Origin: Eledone cirrhosa
Taxonomy: Eukaryota
DNA: 64,000 nt
Assembly (NCBI GenBank): GCA_964016885.1
Contig: OZ024742.1
Location: forward strand, 334,862,001-334,926,000
Direction: 5' to 3'
The position numbers and the translations under genes are program-made. Position 1 is the stretch's first letter. Each line of letters starts with the position of its first letter. Shown piece after piece: positions 1-15,240 of this stretch. The notes under the pieces were generated by a model. It was not told the DNA's origin. It searched no databases and saw only the letters and a list, made by a program, of their open reading frames with translations.

Positions 1-457
1 GCGGGGTGTAGTTGAAACACCGCTCAGACTGCGGTGCAGTACCACTTCCCCCTCCCTCTCTTTCTTTCTTTCGTTGCTTTATTCTGCTTTCGTTTCTTAC
101 TCATTTTCTTATTTTCCTCACTGTTTTCACTCCTTTGTGCCATGTATATTGTATGTTGATAATTATCAACTATTTTTCATTTCCAGGTTTCTTGGACACT
201 GGAAGATATTTGTCGAATATCGCCTAGAAATACCAGCAACGTTAGCTTTGCCTTTCATTCTTACGATGTCGATAAAATACCGCACTGGGGCCGATTTAAT
301 CAACTTTCCCCTCCCCAAAAATTGCTTGCCTTGTGCCTATAGTAGAAATCGTTATTATTCACAATCTGAAGGCAGTAAATTTGTAGTAGCAGTAGAGCGT
401 CGGAGGCTCTGTTTCGTAGCATAAAGTTATGGTCCTTTACGTTGTGGGTTTTAATAT

Positions 458-585
458 CGCCGTTGTTAGCTTTGCCTTTCATCCTTACGAGGTCAATGAA
501 ATAAAGTACCAGTAATGTACTGGAGTCAATTCAATCGACTTTACCCTCCACCCCAAAAAATTGTTAGCCTTGTGCTTGAACCTTA
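458..585 (+). mobile_element. Partial tRNA-derived SINE (3' body); a more degraded copy lies at about 240-345
   Basis: Contains ctttgcctttcatccttacgaggtcaatgaaataaagtaccagt, the body shared by the full SINE at 50384-50572. Confidence 0.7.
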
Positions 586-1237
586 CACATAATATTCTAA
601 ATGTAGCTGGAATATATCCCCCGCGTCTTGAACATTCCCTTAACATAAAGGAACAACTGACAGAATCCCACATAATTTACAGTAGACGCCAACCCCTCAA
701 TCTAAAGAAACTGTTTGACTAAGGCCAAATTTACATGAGAAAAGGAATTAATGTAAGTTCGAAAGCGTGGTGACCCTCGGTGTGGGACATGCGAATATAC
801 TAGAGAGAGTGAACAAATTACTTTTAAAAACAACGAAACATAAAATTAACGCAAATAAGAATTGCAAATGAAGAAACTTGATCTATTGTGCTACTTTCAC
901 TGAATACAAAGAATGCAGAAAATGAAAGGGGAAAAGTATTGTATGACAGAATAAAGGTACATAAACAACAAATTACGTAAAACAGCGGAAAAGAGAGATT
1001 TACAATATTTGTATTTTTTAAAGATATAGTGTGAAAATGCAAAGAATATGTTATTTAAAATATTACAAGCCGAAACACAACATTTGATCCACCTGGAAAA
1101 CCATTATTCAACGATTTAAAAGTCACATAAGAATGTCAAAAGCAAACACCGCCTGGAAAACCAAATGCAGGTGAGCGTTCTTAGTTTTCAAATCTACAAT
1201 TCTTGTAGATTTGAAATGTTTCAATTTTTCCGAGTGG

Positions 1238-2291
<1,054 letters not shown>

Positions 2292-2813
2292 GGCGAAGTG
2301 CACCTTACTGCTGCTTTAGTGCCATCATATATATTTCCTATCCCATCATATATATATGATGGGATAGAAAAATGAATGTTTCAACGTATCGGACGTTAAT
2401 CTTTTATCGGGATAGACCAATGTTCGGAGAAAGAAGAGGCTGGAGGGCTGGAAAAAAATGATTTTATCAGTATGGGTGAGGTTCGCAGGTAAGTGGTCAT
2501 GTGTGATGAGTGGTGACCGAGGTGGTGTGTCTTGGTCTATCATAAGTTATGTTATGTTTGTACAGAGTGTGTGTGTCTTTGATATTATCTTTTCTGTGTG
2601 TGTGTCTGTTTTATTTGTGTGTGTATGTATGTGTGTGCTTATGGATCAGTGTATGAGAGTGTGTTTATGGATGTTATCAGTATATACTTATTTGAATGTG
2701 TGTATTTATGCGGTTATTAATGTCTATATGTGTATGTGTGTATGCGTGTATGTGTATAATCTTAAATAACTGTCTGTATCGGTGCGATCCGTGCGTGTAT
2801 ATACCAAATGAGA

Positions 2814-2859
<46 letters not shown>

Positions 2860-3542
2860 CCAAAACCTGTATTACCACGTATCAGCAGTTGGATTTCAGA
2901 AATAAGTTAAAAATGAAAAGAGTTGTTTATTTGATGTGGCTTGTGTTAATTCAGAAAATCAAGTGATAGTTGGTGGTCAACAAAAAGGAGCAGTTTGTGA
3001 GGTGGATGCGTGCATCTTACTATGTAAAAATGACAGAGTGGATGACAAAATTCTAAAGATTAGACAAGAATTGAAAAGAAATGGGAAATACATGGTTGTT
3101 TTTATGAGTCACTATAAGATCATATTTTGTTTGTCTCTGTAAAAATAGTCTCTCTCTCTCTATATATATATATATTGATATACATATACATAAACATATA
3201 CATTTATATATACATACACAAACACACACACATACACATACACACACACAAACACACACACATATATATATATACGGTGAAACCTTCGTTCCTAGTCGAC
3301 AAACATTCACTTATTGTTCCCAGCCTCAATATTGTTGTGATGTTTCACATGCACCTTTCTCGCATCATGTTCTAAGCATCCGTTTACCTGGGTGTAATAT
3401 TGTGCAATGCCATCCTTATGTACGAAATTGCGTACCCATGGGCTCTGCGGTGTGGAAGTTAGATGCTTTAATTCAATGTCCCACGTATTTCCCTTTTTTT
3501 TCGGGTGCAACCTTGCTACATACATATGTATATATGTATATA

Positions 3543-3596
<54 letters not shown>

Positions 3597-3966
3597 ACCC
3601 CGTTCTTCCCCCAACCCTCACTTTCACATACACACACGCACACACGCGCGCACACCTAACCACACACACCACCTTCAGCCCTCCCCGCTCGGACACCCCG
3701 TCTCCCTCTCCCCACTCCACCCGCCACCACCCCTACTCACCCCACACCCTTCCACCACCTGTTTACCCCCCTTTTAATTTCAGTTTATTTTGATCATGCC
3801 TTTATTTTTAAATTTTCTCATTCCTTGTATTTTGATCATGCTTTATTTTTATTTATTATATTTTTTGTCTTTATTTGTTAATTTTTCATTCGCACCGTTT
3901 CCTTTCGCTATATGTCTCTCCACCACTCCCTACACACTTTTTGAACTCTGTTCCCACACACTTCTC

Positions 3967-3998
3967 ACCTGAAGAAGGGCTTATGCCCGAAACGTCGT
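3967..3998 (+). ncRNA. Minimal type I hammerhead ribozyme motif (Penelope pLTR-like)
   Basis: ac-CTGAAGA-a-gggc(ttat)gccc-GAAAC-GTC-gt; AATAAA about 37 nt downstream, then (TA)n; stem I only 2 bp. Confidence 0.65.
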
Positions 3999-4084
3999 CC
4001 CCCACCTACCCCCCACTCTCCTGAGCGTGAATTTAATAAACATTTATTGTACTGCCTCTCTGTTCTGTCCCTGTTCAATTTTTC

Positions 4085-4129
<45 letters not shown>

Positions 4130-4179
4130 CTGTGTGTGTGTGTGTGTAGCAAGTTTGCATATATATATATATAACAAAG

Positions 4180-4312
4180 AAAGTGTGGTAAGAAACCAGG
4201 TGGGCCATAACGCACCAGAGTACTCGATACTTAGGATAGTAGAATGAGTGATAGGATCTAGCTGTCGAAACGACCGGAGCTCAGCCGTCGAGGACCGGAC
4301 TCTTTTCCTATA
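4180..4312. mobile_element. Dispersed repeat of the GAAAC-hairpin-GTC family; inverted partner at 4820-4880
   Basis: ggatctagctgtcgaaacgaccggagctcagccgtc also occurs at 28600-28815 and 48400-48592; the other half matches 46300-46400. Confidence 0.7.
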
Positions 4313-4324
4313 TATATATATAAA

Positions 4325-4795
4325 AAGAAATACACAGATACATGCGAATACATACATATACATGCATATACACACATATATCCCTGAATTTGTGTGGTGC
4401 CAACCTTAACCGTTGTTGCTCTATGATTAATAGGGACAAAATAATATGAATAAATTAGATTGACTCAATATCAGAGCTATATAGTACATTATAAAGAAAG
4501 AAGAAACATTAGACATAAATAAAAATATATATATATACCCAATACTCTTCAACATCCTCGACTGCGCAGTTTCGTGGCTACTATGCAAAAACATTACATC
4601 ATAGAGATGCAGTATTTTTGTGAGGTTTGCCAACTTATCAAGAGAATACCTCATTAAAGTTTCAAAACACGTCCGCAAGGCGTGAGAGAGAATCCCGGTA
4701 AGGCGGAGGGAGAACTTAAGACGTGATACAGCGGTCAAAAAACAGAGTTAAGCCTCTTACAACCAAGAGAAAAATACCGACGTGTTTTGAAACTT
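4325..4795 (-). mobile_element. Diverged single copy of the 592-bp hammerhead-bearing family (see 53763-55836)
   Basis: Collinear similarity to the 592-bp unit (cacagatacatgcg ... ggtgccaac ... acttatcaagag ... aaggcggaggg ... taagcctctta). Confidence 0.8.
4555..4646 (-). ncRNA. Type I hammerhead ribozyme, U3-A8 variant core
   Basis: Minus strand ttctc-TTGATAA-gttggc...gccac-GAAAC-tgcgca-GTC-gagga; palindromic stem III ACTGCGCAGT. Confidence 0.8.
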
Positions 4796-4984
4796 TCTTT
4801 ATATATATATATATGTTTATATATAGGAAAAGAGTCAGGGCCCCGACGGCTGAGCTCCGGTCGTTTCGACAGCTAGATACTCTATATAAAGGATCGATCG
4901 ACTTTCGTCAAATCGGACCGAGGAAACAATGTTTTCGTCGGTCTTTCCAGTTGCTAATACTATCTATCGGTCGCAACTCCAGGC

Positions 4985-5106
4985 AGAAGGAGCAACGTGA
5001 AATAAAGTGTCTTGCTCAAGGACATAACGCATCGCCCGGTCCAGGAATCGAACTCACAATCTCAAGATTGTGAATCCAATTCTCTAACCACTCAGCCACA
5101 CGCCTT
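4985..5106 (-). mobile_element. tRNA-derived SINE with CORE-like domain (5' part)
   Basis: Minus strand A box tggctgagtgg, B box gagttcgattcc, then tgtccttgagcaagacacttt. Confidence 0.8.
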
Positions 5107-5139
5107 ATGTATCTATCTATCTATCTATTTCTCTCTCTC

Positions 5140-5185
<46 letters not shown>

Positions 5186-5702
5186 GAGAGAGAGAAATAG
5201 ATAGATAGATACATACATTTTTCCTGAGGAGGGGGGGGGGCAAAAGAAATAATATCCATTCCTTACCAACCTGAAATGAATATATCAGTGAATAATTCTT
5301 CCATGTTCTCATGTTATTGTGTTGATTAAAGTAATTCACAGAGTACGTGGAATGGTGCCCGTGGGTAAGCGTGTGATGGTTGTAGTGGTGGTGGTGGTGG
5401 TTGTGTCAGTAGTGTTGCAGTTGATGGTGGAGGTGGTGTGGGTGTTGCTGGTAGGATCACAGGTGTATTGATTACGCATACCAGTAGAAAACGCACACAC
5501 CCTGATCATTCCATCTTGGCTCATCCCATTCTTCATACAATAACTATATTATTGACATACAGACTTCACCACATATGTACATACTCATGAAAATATGGAT
5601 GTCATATACATGCAAATAACTCTCCATCATCACATGCATTTCGGGCATACCATGATTGACAGATATGTAACGAAATACACACATAACACACTTATATATA
5701 TA

Positions 5703-5805
<103 letters not shown>

Positions 5806-5832
5806 TTATATTTATATGTGTATATATATTTA

Positions 5833-5883
<51 letters not shown>

Positions 5884-5900
5884 CTATATATATACATTTA

Positions 5901-5968
<68 letters not shown>

Positions 5969-6399
5969 TAAACACATATAGTCATAATCACAACAGATCG
6001 AATTATTCTATTTATTGAGAATGTGAGTGGCTCACCTTTAGAAAATGTTGCACTGAGTTCACCTCTTGAGCGACGATAGTGCAAACAACAAGAGAAGCAG
6101 CAACAACAACATCTTAAACCACACAGAACTGCACCACCACCAACTACCACCACCGCCAACAACAACAACAACATCAATAAGTGATCAGGCAGCAAATAAA
6201 ACAGCATTTTCAATATCAATAAAAGGAAAAAATGACATATTTTAATTATAATGGAATGTGCCACGTGCTGACATTAACAACAACGACAGCAACAACCAAA
6301 ATATTTTAAGAACTTCAACAACTGCAATGAAGACACAGCAGTAACTACCGCTGTTGTCTTCCACCACCAACAACACCACCAACATTACTACAACTGCCG

Positions 6400-7045
6400 A
6401 TATTACAAGCCCCACTACCACCACCGCCACCGTTACAACAGACGCCATTTTTACAAGCACCATCACCACCATTATTATAAGCACCATCACCACCACTGCC
6501 ATTTTTACAAGTACCATCACCACCACAACCACCATTATTACAAGCACCATCACCACCACAACCACCATTATTACAAGCACCATCACCACCACCACCATTA
6601 TTACAAACACCACCACCACCACTGCCATTATTACAAGCACCATCACCACCACCACCACCATTATTACAAGCACCATCACCACCACCACCATTATTACAAA
6701 CACCACCACCACCACTGCCATTATTACAAGCACCATCACCACCACCACCATTATTACAAACACCACCACCACCACTGCCATTATTACAAGCACCATCACC
6801 ACCACCACCACCATTATTATAAGCACCACCACCACCACCACCATTATTACAAGCACCACCACCACCACCACCACCATTATTACAAGCACCATCACCACCA
6901 CCACCACCACCATTATTATAAGCACCATCACCACCACCACCACCATTATTACAAGCACCATCACCACCACCACCACCATTATTACAAGCACCACCACCAC
7001 CACCACCACCATTATTACAAGCACCATCAACACCACCATTACAAA
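6400..7045. repeat. Minisatellite, about 30-36 bp unit (ccattattacaagcaccatc(acc)n)
   Basis: About 18 visible tandem units with variable ACC number. Confidence 0.9.
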
Positions 7046-7477
7046 ACAGACAACTATATATGCAATAACAACGTCCTCTTCTGACTTGACAACAATTACA
7101 ACAATGAACTAGTAAAGAATAGCTACCGCCTCCCCCTTTCCAGACGCAGACAGCAACAAATACGAACGGAAAAATACAAACGCTACAAACATAAACAACA
7201 ACAATATCGTGAAACAGATGGCAAAGAGAACAAGTGCAATAATTACATCTACATCAACAACAACTGCAACAACAACAAGAATAATTGCAACAATATCTGC
7301 AACCGAAACTACAATAACAACGCCATCTTGAAAACCGTTATCACCACAACAACAGCTACAAACACACCAACTTCTATGTTCCATGACAAAATATTTACAA
7401 CAACATAAGCAATATCAACAAAAACAACAACAACAACAACAGCAGCAGCAGCAGTAAGACCGTTTTTGAACAAGAGA

Positions 7478-7662
7478 TAATTGTTTCTACTTTTGGCACA
7501 AGGCCAGCAATTACCCAGTGCATTACTGGTATTTTATTTATCAATCCCGTAAGGATGAAAGGCAAAGTTAACCTCGGCGGGATTTGAACTCAGATCATAC
7601 AGGGAGGTAACTCTATGCTTCAAAGCATGACGTCCGACCCACTACCGATACTGCCAATTCAC
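7478..7662 (-). mobile_element. tRNA-derived SINE
   Basis: Reverse complement of the 50384-50572 element including A and B boxes. Confidence 0.88.
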
Positions 7663-9504
7663 TAAGAGATAATAATCACAAACACCAAATACAACAATAC
7701 AAGCTACATTAACTAAAACAACAACTGTTGTTCTATTATTACAACAACAATAACAACTTAGATGATGACAAGCAAATCATTAAGTACAACAATAAATCCT
7801 AAAACATCAAAACGACTGGAATACCGAGAGCAACAACAACAACAACAGCATCAACAGTGGCATTTCATAACAACAATAGTAGAACAATTACAAACATGAT
7901 CAGGAAGACAACGTTGACGACGACATTAGCAACAAAATTAACCACAGCACTGAGGAAGATGACATTAGCGAGAACAATAGCAACAACAACAACAACGGCA
8001 ACGACACTGTCAAAATAGCATTAGCAACAATAGCATCAACAACAACAACAACACTGACAAAATAGCATTAGGGACAATGACATCAACAACAACAACAACA
8101 ACAGCAACAACAACATTGACAAAATAGCATTAGGGACAATGACATCAACAACAGCAACAACAACACTGACAAAATGGCGTTAGCAACAATAGCATCAATA
8201 ACTATTTGAACAACATGAAAAACAGCAACGACAGTTGAACCAACAACAATAATACAATTATATTAACAATAATAGTAAATACTACAGCAAACACAATACA
8301 AAATACGACAGAAACAAATATTACAACAACTACAGCAACAACAACAAATACAGCAGCAACAACAACAATAACAACGACAATAAATTGCATAATAACAAAT
8401 ACTAAAACAACAATAAGAAATTGTACAACAATAACAAAAGCTAAAGCAAAAGAGAATAAGGGACAACATTCCAGGAATGCTGATGAAATATGGAAGACAT
8501 TTTGAAAGTGAGAAATAGAGGGAAGTGTGTGGATATGTGTGGAAGTGAGACAAAGTGATAGAAGGAGAGAGAGAGTGTGGGTAAGGGGGGAGGAGTTAGA
8601 ACAATGTGAGAGGTATAGTGAGAGGAAGGGGAGAGTGGGGGGATAGTGGGATAGAGACATTAGAACAATGTGAAAGAGATATACAGGACAGAAAGAGAGT
8701 GGGGTAGTAAAACCTAAAGTAATTAGAGATGGTATGAGAACATGGGAAGAAAGATGTTAATAATTGGAAGAGAGAGAGGGGGAGATAGAGAGGGGGTGAA
8801 AGAGAAGGATGGAAAGATAATTTGAATAGTGAGAGAGGGTGAAGGAGAGGGGAGAGAGAGAGGGTGAAGGATGGAGTGATAATTTGAATAGTGAGAGAGG
8901 CGGGTGGAGGGGGAGTTAAGAGGGGGAGAGAGAGAATGAAGGATGGAGTGATAATTTGAATAGTAAGAGAGAAGAGGAGGGGGAGGAGAGATGGAGAGGG
9001 GGGAGGGGATATGGAGAGGGGAGAGGGAGAGAGAGAGAGAAGGACGGAGTGATAATTTGAGCAGAAAGAGAGATATGATAGAGATAATTCAAAGGGAATG
9101 ATTATAAAGTGTGAAAAGTGAGAGAGAAGAGAGGGCGATAATTCGAAGAAAGATTACAAAGAGTGTTAAGTGAGAGAGAGAGAGTGAGAGAGAGAGAGTG
9201 AGAGAGAGAGAGGGGGGGGGTGAAAAGAGTGACAGAAAGAAAGAGAATGGTAAGAAAAAGATCAAAGCGGGAGTAAGAAAGAGAGATAATTTGGAGAGTT
9301 TGTGAGATATTTAAGCTGACAAATATACATTGTAAGAGTGTTAAAATAGGTGAAGGGGGTGAGAAACAGACAGAAAGAAGGGGTTAGAGATAGGAAAAGG
9401 AGAAGATTTAAGATTTGACAAAGAGAAGGATAAGATGGAGTGTGAAGAGAGAGAGGGGGGGAGAGACGGGGAGAAAGAAGAAACAGAGAAAAAAAGAGAG
9501 AAAG

Positions 9505-9545
<41 letters not shown>

Positions 9546-9574
9546 AAAAAACTGAGAAAGAAACAGAGAGAAAA

Positions 9575-10016
9575 AGTGTGTGTGTGTCTGTGTCTGTGTC
9601 TGTGTCTGTGTGTGTGTGTGTGTGTGTGAGTGCGAGTGAGAGAGAGAGAGAAAGTGTGTGTGTCTGTGTGTGTCTGTCTATCTGTGTGTGTGTGTGAGAG
9701 AGATCGAGAGAGAGAGAGAAAGTGTGTGTGTCTATGTGTGTCTGTCTATCTGTGTGTGTGTGAGTGCGAGTGAGAGAGAGAGAGAGAGAAAGTGTGTGTG
9801 TCTGTGTGTGTCTGTCTATCTGTGTGTGTGTGTGTGAGAGAGCGAGAGAGAGAGAGAAAGTGTGTGTCTGTCTATCTGTGTGTGTGTGAGAGCGAGAGAG
9901 AGAGAGAAAGTGTGTGTGTCTGTGTGTGTCTGTCTATCTGTGTGTGTGTGTGTGAGAGAGAGCGAGAGAGAGAGAGAAAGTGTGTGTGTCTGTGTGTGTC
10001 TGTCTATCTGTGTGTG

Positions 10017-10047
<31 letters not shown>

Positions 10048-10078
10048 AAGTGTGTGTGTCTGTGTGTGTCTGTCTATC

Positions 10079-10113
<35 letters not shown>

Positions 10114-10144
10114 ATGTGTGTGTGTCTGTGTGTGTCTGTCTATC

Positions 10145-10175
<31 letters not shown>

Positions 10176-10206
10176 AAGTGTGTGTGTCTGTGTGTGTCTG
10201 TCTGTC

Positions 10207-10279
<73 letters not shown>

Positions 10280-10332
10280 GAGAAAGTGTGTGTGTCTGTG
10301 TGTGTCTGTCTATCTGTGTGTGTGAGAGAGAG
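9575..10332. repeat. Compound (GT)n/(GA)n minisatellite, about 60 bp unit
   Basis: Repeated aaagtgtgtgtgtctgtgtgtgtctgtctatctgtgtg..gagaga. Confidence 0.9.
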
Positions 10333-10839
10333 GGGGTAGTAAAGTTGATAAACACGAAACATTAGAAAGAGGAATGACAAAGGTAGATAGAGAGAAATGA
10401 AAGAAAGATAATTGTGTTAGAGAATGAGGAAGAGATTAAAATCAGTGAGAATTGAGAAAGAGAGAAAGAGGAGTGAAACGACCTGACAAATATAAAGATT
10501 ATAAATCTTAATATAATTAAAAACAAAGAGAAAGAAAAGAAGAGTAATGAAAGAAAGGACTTAAAACAAAGAAAGAGAGATTCCAGAGCGAAGTGTCAGA
10601 TAGAAAGAGGAGAAAAATGATAACCGTACAGCAAAATGGAAGGTCTCTTTTCGCCATGATTGGATATTGGTTTGCTACCAGAAAGTTCCTCTCCAGGGTG
10701 CCAACCTCGGCAAGATGGTTTGTGGAAAACAATCAGTCGCCCATGTATGGAAAATGTTTCTCTACATACCCGCCACCAATGTTGCCCCAAGGGAAAGCTA
10801 ATGCAGCTTGGCATCAGTACCGTCACAGTTCATTTCTTT

Positions 10840-10958
10840 CCATTAAGTGGACTGGAACTGCAAGAAATAAAGATGTCACGCTATTCGGTCCTTGAATTGA
10901 ATTCTCGAACCTGCGATCCTCAGTTCAACACCCTAACCACTAAGCTACGCATCTTCAC
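10840..10958 (-). mobile_element. Degraded tRNA-derived SINE head (CORE-like family); related degraded body at about 11180-11345
   Basis: Minus strand gtgaagatgcgtagcttagtggttagggtgttg...ggttcgag. Confidence 0.55.
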
Positions 10959-12354
10959 TAAGAGAACCAATGTCATAAATTATGAAGTAGTGAAAATGAG
11001 AGGGAAAGAAAGAGAAAATACTAGAAAAATGTGTTCGTGGAAACGAAGTTTACACATGCAAGTCAGTAAGTATTCAAGATATTGGAGTTTATATGTTGGA
11101 CCTACGTCGCTTCCGATGCCGGCTGCTGCACTTGATAGGATCAAGAGAAGAAACTGCTTATGAAATGAAAGTCCAAATGGCCGAGCATTCCACAGATAAA
11201 TATACAATTAACGTAATTCCCTGAGATATTCATGACACGGTGGGTGACATGGCTAGCCATTTGAATTACAGGTACAACTCATTTTCCCAACTTTGGACAG
11301 CTACAGCGTAAAATAAAGAGACTTGCCTAAGGACAAACACTCCTCCGGAAATTTAAATGCACAACCTATTTTTACTGTTTATTATCACTTTTGTTTCTAT
11401 TTCCTACTATAATTTTTTCTATATTTTCCTTAAATTTTCGGTTCTATATTTTTCCAGTTTTTTTCCACATTTTAACTGTTTTCTGTGTTTTTCTTCTCTT
11501 TTTCAATGTTTTTTCTGTTTACTTTACATTTTCTCTAAGTTTTCCATCTTTTATTTCTGGTTTTTTTTTTGGTTTTTTTGTATGTGTTAGTTTTTCTACA
11601 GTTATGGCATTTTCTCTGTATTTTTTTTAATATTTTTCAAAATCTTTCTTTATTTCGGTATTTCCTCCGCTCTGTTTTTCTGTATTAGAAAATAGAAACA
11701 ATGGAAAATAAAAGAACAAAAACTAGTGAAAATAGTGAAAACGTTATAAAAAAAAAAAATAACAGAAAGAATACAGAAAAATAAAAATAAAAGAAAATTA
11801 GAACAATATAGAAAAAAGAACAAAGGAAAAAATAGAAAAAAGTCGTAAAATTGAAAATAGAAAAACAAAACAGATAAGAATCCCAGAAAAGTAGAATAGA
11901 ACTAAATTGAAAATGTAGGAAAATAGAGAAAAAGAAATGCATAGAAAAAATAAAACAGAAAATACAGAAAAGGAAATTACTGATACAACAGTAAATATAC
12001 AGAAAACAGAAACAAATAGTAAAATATATTTTTATTTTTATTCTATTTTTATCATATCTGCTCTAAAAAAATAGAGAAAATATGAAAACCGAATAACAAT
12101 AGATAAAATAAAACAAATACAGAAATAGTAAAGAAAACAGCTAAAAATTAAAAATCGCAAATATTCGGAAACAGAAAATAGGAAAATATAAGAAAGCAGA
12201 AAAATAAATAAAAAAATAAAAAAAAATATGAAAACAACGTTTATACTTTTTCTGATTTTTTTTCTAAATTGAAAAACTTAGAAGAACAGTAGAAAATAGG
12301 AAACAGGGAATATAGAGGGTTTGGAAATGTAAATAAAAATATAGACAAGAAAAA

Positions 12355-13209
12355 CCTCCAAACAAACCTGCAAACACAAATATAGTACGACACAACTACA
12401 CAGGACCAGGAGGGACCGATATCCCCGTGTCAAAATCGATACGAGACCTGGGCATAGACATGAGCGATGATGCATCTTTTTCTTCACACATCATGAAAGT
12501 GGCGACAATGTGCAGACGACTTGCTGGCTGGATCTTGAGGACTTTCCGGACAAGAGATCGAGACACCATGTTGACACTATGGAGGACATTTGTCCTAAGC
12601 CTCCTGGACTACTGCTCCCAGTTGTGGTCACCCCATAGTGTCAAACTAACCACGGAGCTTGAGGCAATCCAGCGAAGCTACACCAAGAGGATTGCCACGA
12701 TGAAGGAGACAAGCTACTGGGAGAGGCTAAAGGAACTGAATCTCTACTCCTTGGAACGAAGACGGGAGAGATACGCAGTGATCTACGTGTCGAAAATCCT
12801 GGAGGGACTAGCACCAAACTTTGGCATTGGGAGCTGGACCAACCGTCGAATAGGACGTCACTGTGTGGTGCCAAAGGTCCCGTCTTCCACGTCTAAAATA
12901 AGGAACAGGTATTGCAATAGCCTGGGATTCAAGGGCCTCAACTCTACAACAGGCTGCCGAGGCATCTGAGAGATTTGCATGACGTGGAGGTGGATGTCTT
13001 CAAGAAACATCTCGACACCTTGTTATCCAGGATCCCGGATGAGCCCACAGCAAGGCACGAGGGAAACCTAAGGGCAGCAGCAACAAACTCCCTCTTACAC
13101 TAGTTGCCAACCTATACAGACTGGAGATAAAATGTGTAGCAACAAGGGCGGTGCCCCAGCGTGGCCTCAGCCGGATGGCTGAAACAGGTAAAAGAGTAAA
13201 AGAGTAAAT
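12355..13209 (+). mobile_element. 5'-truncated CR1-group LINE (C-terminal part of RT ORF, 3' UTR, tandem-repeat tail)
   Basis: ORF 12427-12969 has RDLGI...LDYCSQLWSP...LEAIQR...SYWERLKELNLYSLERRRER; ends in a (gtaaaaga)n tail. Confidence 0.88.
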
Positions 13210-14722
13210 TGGAACAATTGAGAAGTTGTAAAAATAGGTGGAATTATGAAAAATGGAAACAATATAGAAACAGAGAAAAATAGACAGTGAAAACAGAAAA
13301 TATGGGAGAGGGTGTAAAAAACAGAAACAATAGGAATATTTGAAAAGATAGAAAAAGATTAATGGAAAATATAGAAAACAGAAAAAAGAAAAACAGAAAA
13401 TATAGAAAAATATAATAAATATAAATACACAAAAAATGGAGGAAAATAGAAAGAAAATTGGAAATATTGCAAAACTATAAACAATGGAGAAACAATTGAA
13501 AATATATATATAGAACATGTAATGGGTCTTCCAGCGCATCTCCCTTACTATCCTCCGGAGAAACGCCTTCTCTATTTTATCCGCTGGGACTGTGGGGAGT
13601 CCAGCACATGGGACCCCATTTGCTCACCATACAGAGAGATGTGGAGGGCGAGAGAGATGGAGGCGATGACAGTGGGAGTTCAGCTCTTCCGTGTTCGGAC
13701 CCTATCCTTGTGGTTGTTTTTTATCATCCCTTAAAAAGAAGGAATACAACTATAGAGGAATGGCAAATATAGGAGAGACAACATAGAATGTTCAAGAAAA
13801 AGTTGTAAATTGTGGAAAATGGGGAAATTTTTAAATATAGGAAAGAAAATGAAAAGTAGAAAAGGAGGAAATATAGGAAATATAGTAAAATATAGTAAAA
13901 TACAAAACAATACCCCCAAAATTAGGAATAATATTAATGAAAATTAGAAGAATTAGTGGAAATAAAGAAAGCTTAAATATAGAGGAATATGAAAAAATAG
14001 AGAAATAAATATAATTGGAAAGATATATAAACAGAAAAAATGTTTTAAATGAAGAAACTATACAGAAAATGTAGGAAGAAAAACAGAAAAAAATATGGAG
14101 AAAAAATAGAATTAGAAAATATTTTACAGACAGAAAAATATAAAGAAAATAGAAAAAATTAGAAAAATGTAATCAGAAAATTGAGAAAATATCAAAAGGA
14201 AAATAAAACGTAATATACGAAAAATATAGAAAACGTTATTGAAAAATATGCAAAATATAAACTAATAGAAATATATTGAAACAATATTGAATATATACAA
14301 AATAGAAAAAAAAGATAAAAGATAAAAGTGAATAAATAGAGGAAAATTGAAAATTATGGAAAATATATATTAAAACAACGTATAAATTATTTAGAGAAAT
14401 ATAGAAAAAACAGTTATATATTTGTAGTTTAAACAATACGTAATTTGAAATATTGATTTTTTGGCTCCTTGGCGAAATTAAAAGATAAACGTATAGTTTT
14501 ATTTTCTAATATCGTTAATAAACGATATGGTAGTAATTTATGTTGAAGTATCATGTATTACGAAATTATAGCTCTATTATCACTTTCAATATTGGCCTTG
14601 TGACCATTTCTACAAAAAGAGAAAGGATGTAATCTTTTTAAAGACTAAATCACGTAAATAATATGTATACACTTTACAAATACGTATTGAGTATGAATTT
14701 AAATCGGAGCTGTCTTGTAAGC

Positions 14723-14820
<98 letters not shown>

Positions 14821-14971
14821 ATTTAGTGCCCTGAGACATTTCTTGGTGGTTAAATTCTGCTGAATTAAAATAATCAGCAGAAAAAAACGGCTGTTGCATC
14901 GAATCCTTACTATAATAGAATGTAAAACTATGAAGCAAATACACTAGCGCTCACATACAAACATATACACG

Positions 14972-15060
<89 letters not shown>

Positions 15061-15136
15061 ATACACACATGATGATGGCTGCCCCCTCGTTATCGAGTAT
15101 GGCCATTGCAAGATATAGCCTTATTAATTAATTATA

Positions 15137-15240
15137 TCGCCGAGGTTAACTTTGCCTTTCATCCTTACGGGGTCGATAAAATAAAGTACCAGTAATGTAC
15201 CGGGTAATTGCTGGCCTTATGCCAAAAGTAGAAACAATTA
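15137..15240 (+). mobile_element. 5'-truncated tRNA-derived SINE
   Basis: cgccgaggttaactttgcctttcatccttacggggtcgataaaataaagtaccag...agtagaaacaatta, flanked by attaattaatt-like repeats. Confidence 0.85.

Noticed and set aside
3275-3520. Short unique segment between TA tracts, possibly a Penelope endonuclease remnant
   Set aside because: The translation shows no GIY or YIG motif; support is insufficient.
4985-5106. tRNA-like A and B boxes here and at other SINE heads
   Set aside because: No complete cloverleaf, and they continue into SINE bodies.
11360-14440. Strand-asymmetric T-rich then A-rich low-complexity DNA around the CR1 fragment
   Set aside because: No definable repeat unit; the Phe-rich ORFs are compositional artefacts.
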